From IMG/VR virus record IMGVR_UViG_3300047476_002078, positions 124,001 through 188,000 of that record: 64,000 nucleotides of DNA, one strand, 5' to 3'. A program made the translations under genes and the position numbers. Each line of letters starts with the position of its first letter. Position 1 is the stretch's first letter. Below, in pieces: positions 61,373 to 64,000 of the stretch. The notes beneath the pieces were generated by a model that was not told the DNA's origin, made no database searches, and was given only the letters and a program-made list of their open reading frames with translations.

Positions 61373-62466
61373 TTATTTCTGTAGGTCAAAAACAATTAAA
61401 AAATGGATTAAAAGCAGTAAGAAAAGTTCTAGGTATGAATAAAGAATCAAAGTCTTTGTTCAGTAACGCTATCAAACTAGAAGCTAAAGAAGACAGTTTG
61501 AGCCTTCTTGGCACAAATGGAGAAACCATTTATTTTTGGAAAACTAAAGATACTGTTGTTGTAAATGCCGATGGGGTGGTTGGAATTGTAGCAGATAAAT
61601 TTATTACGGCAGTCGAGGCTCTTTCAGGTGAAGCTCCGATTGAATTAAATTATAATGCAGGCATCGTTTATATGAAATGCGGAAACAGGGAAGCAGAGCT
61701 TAAAACTGTTGAAGCTGATGAATTTCCAGAGTTTACTCCTGTGGAAAATTTAGTAAAATTTCCTTTTGATACAACAAAAATGTTTTCAAAAATTTCACAT
61801 ACTGTTGGTCGAGATATTAGTAAACCTAGACTTTTAGGATTACTTTCAGAATTCATTTCTGAAGGAGATCAAAAAAAGGTAGTTTTTTCGGCAGTAAATC
61901 CAAACAAAGCAAGCAGACTGATTGAAAAATTTGAAAGTTCTGATTCTCTCAGCATGAAAATAATTTTACCTGTTTTCATCGTCGATGAATCACTAGAATT
62001 CCCATTAAAAGGTTTAGCTACAACCAAGTCGAGATTGATTGCTGATTTTGGCGATTTAAAAATTATGACTCCTATGCCAGAAGATAGATTCGTTAATCCT
62101 GAAAACGCTTTTGCTACTCCAAAAGATAGTAAAATTGTAGGATTTAACAGGAAGCAATTAATTGATGCTTTGAAATACACTCGTGCAATGGCGGATAAGC
62201 ATGATTTGAAATCTAAATTTATTGTGAATGGTGATGTAACAGAGATTACTTCTTATACTGAAAATTCAAAATCAAAAGATTCTTTAAAAAGCAGAAGTAA
62301 TGAAAAAATGACTTTTTCTTTAAATTGTGAGTATCTTATTGAGTTACTTTCATGCTTAAATAAAGAAGACGTAGAATTTCATGTTGTAGGTAAGGGAACT
62401 TCGGGTCAAATTACTTATAGGACTGACAATTACCAATACGTTACTTCAATGTATAGCCAAGGATAG
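61369..62466 (+). CDS. dnaN: DNA polymerase III beta sliding clamp
   Basis: 365 aa three-domain length; LLGTNGE, DEFPEF, FNRKQLIDAL, FSLNCEYLIELL. Confidence 0.8.
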   Translation: MIISVGQKQLKNGLKAVRKVLGMNKESKSLFSNAIKLEAKEDSLSLLGTNGETIYFWKTKDTVVVNADGVVGIVADKFITAVEALSGEAPIELNYNAGIVYMKCGNREAELKTVEADEFPEFTPVENLVKFPFDTTKMFSKISHTVGRDISKPRLLGLLSEFISEGDQKKVVFSAVNPNKASRLIEKFESSDSLSMKIILPVFIVDESLEFPLKGLATTKSRLIADFGDLKIMTPMPEDRFVNPENAFATPKDSKIVGFNRKQLIDALKYTRAMADKHDLKSKFIVNGDVTEITSYTENSKSKDSLKSRSNEKMTFSLNCEYLIELLSCLNKEDVEFHVVGKGTSGQITYRTDNYQYVTSMYSQG

Positions 62467-62474
62467 AGGTTAGC

Positions 62475-63893
62475 TTGTTATCTAAGAAATATAGACCTTC
62501 TACATTTGCAGATTTAATCGGACAAGAGGATAATGTAATCATTCTAAAAGAGTACATCAAGAATGGTTTAATTACTCCTCTTCTCTTTACAGGTCCTTTC
62601 GGTAGTGGAAAAACTTCAGCTTCTCGTGTAACAGCTAAAGCTATACTATGCCACAATTTAACTGAAGAACTAGAGCCTTGTTGCAAATGTCAAAGCTGTA
62701 TTGATTTCTCAGAAGATAGAAATATTAATTATACAGAGATAGACGCAGCTTCAAACGGCGATGTTGAATCAATAAGAAATCTTAGAGAGCAAGTAGGGTA
62801 CTCTTCAGTAGGTTCAAAGTTTAAAATTACAAATATTGATGAAGCACATAACATAACTAAAGCAGGTTATAACGCCTTATTAAAACAATTAGAAGAAGGT
62901 TACGAGCATCATATTTTTATGTTTTGTACAAATGAGCCTGAGAAAATGTTATCCACGGTTCGATCTCGCTGTTGGAGAATTCATAGTCAAGCAGTCTCCT
63001 CTGAAAATTTATTTGAATACGTAAAAAACATTGCAGCGAAAGAAAAAATAAATGCTGAAGAAGAGGCGTTGAAACTAATCTGTGATGTTACCGCTCCGCA
63101 TATAAGAGATACTCTAAACGCAATAGATTTTCTAAACTATAAAGGTAGTGTTAATAAATCTGACGTTGAAGTTTATTTCCAAATATCTGACAAAAATAAA
63201 TTTTTAGAAATGTTGATATATTTAAAAACAGATTTGCCTAAAGCTATATACGCTTTGGATGAATTATCGAGTAGATATGATATTGATACTATTTTTTCAA
63301 AATTGGTTGAACAGTGTTTAATCCTAGAATCAAAAATAAAAGGGGTTAATTTAAAACATGACTATGTTGATTCTGAATTATTGGAACAAGCCCTTTCTCT
63401 TAAAATTGATTTTTTAGGAGTATCTTCATATCTGTTAAAAGTAGATAGACATGTTGATATGATCTACCTAAAGCACTTACTTCTTGAACTTAATAGAATT
63501 TTAAATGACGAAACCACGGCACAGTATGGAACCCCTGTTCATATTATTCGTGATATTCAAGTAATAAATTCGACACAAATAGGCGATATACCTAAAAATA
63601 TTGAAAAACCTATTGAAACGACAACTATAATATCTCCTGAAGAGGCATCGTTTAGCGGTTTTGATATAAGCAACATAATGAAGTTGTCTGACGCAAAACC
63701 TAAAAAATTGAACGATACCCAAAAACTGAAAAGTGTAAATGTTAAAACCGCATTTGGAAGTACAAAAGGGGCTGTCGAAAACGAACAATATCTTACAAAC
63801 AAGATCGGAAATAAACCTGTTCCTGTTTCAGATGTTAAAGCGTATTTAGACAAAGTGTTGGCGAAAAATGATAGCAAGAAAAAACAAATTTAA
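62475..63893 (+). CDS. dnaX: DNA polymerase III clamp loader gamma/tau subunit
   Basis: KYRPSTFADLIGQ, GPFGSGKT, C..PCCKCQSC zinc site, EIDAAS, IDEAH, TVRSRC. Confidence 0.95.
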   Translation: MLSKKYRPSTFADLIGQEDNVIILKEYIKNGLITPLLFTGPFGSGKTSASRVTAKAILCHNLTEELEPCCKCQSCIDFSEDRNINYTEIDAASNGDVESIRNLREQVGYSSVGSKFKITNIDEAHNITKAGYNALLKQLEEGYEHHIFMFCTNEPEKMLSTVRSRCWRIHSQAVSSENLFEYVKNIAAKEKINAEEEALKLICDVTAPHIRDTLNAIDFLNYKGSVNKSDVEVYFQISDKNKFLEMLIYLKTDLPKAIYALDELSSRYDIDTIFSKLVEQCLILESKIKGVNLKHDYVDSELLEQALSLKIDFLGVSSYLLKVDRHVDMIYLKHLLLELNRILNDETTAQYGTPVHIIRDIQVINSTQIGDIPKNIEKPIETTTIISPEEASFSGFDISNIMKLSDAKPKKLNDTQKLKSVNVKTAFGSTKGAVENEQYLTNKIGNKPVPVSDVKAYLDKVLAKNDSKKKQI

Positions 63894-64000
63894 ACCTACC
63901 GTAAAAAAGAAAGCATCTTCCGTAAAATCTAAGTCTAAATCCCCTCCTAAGAAACAAGTTAAAAAACAAATTAAAATTTTTGAAAAAACATCTAACTGGG

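Noticed and set aside
2494-63877. Many antisense or alternative-frame ORFs in the track (e.g. 2494, 8745, 16237, 34827, 36811, 37414, 41143, 41560, 63557)
   Set aside because: They lie opposite or inside better-supported genes, lack an RBS and have shadow-like Phe/Ser/Leu-rich composition
1-64000. Stop-codon reassignment (TAG or TGA read as sense), as in some large phages
   Set aside because: Recognisable long genes are intact in code 11, and TAG/TGA stops coincide with next-gene starts or promoter elements

Overview
The window looks like a 64-kb segment of a large (probably jumbo) dsDNA bacteriophage genome in the standard genetic code. No rRNA, tRNA or CRISPR array was recognisable. About 1-43 kb is a dense, mostly plus-strand field of short hypothetical ORFs with a few recognisable genes: SprT-like peptidase, LpoB-like lipoprotein, AAA+ ATPase, class II glutamine amidotransferase, SWIM finger, Cys-based phosphatase, lytic transglycosylase and a minimal ATP-dependent ligase. 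A conserved 16-bp element, GTGGAATCGGTATAGC, occurs 25 times, mostly 18-30 nt upstream of a start codon, and behaves like a phage-specific promoter. Tandem-repeat arrays at 14.4, 32.1 and 38.4 kb are origin-like, and the first two coincide with apparent local GC-skew flips. The 43-59 kb region is mostly minus strand. It holds basic hypothetical proteins, a ParB-like protein, RNase HII, DnaJ and the most striking feature: a RiPP-like modification cluster. That cluster has four radical SAM enzymes, two 2OG-Fe(II) oxygenases and a 185-aa candidate substrate ending in (CHxS)5-RARR. The right end encodes a host-like replisome module (Toprim primase, RdgC-like protein, beta clamp, gamma/tau). All calls come from motif recognition by eye; no database searches were run.
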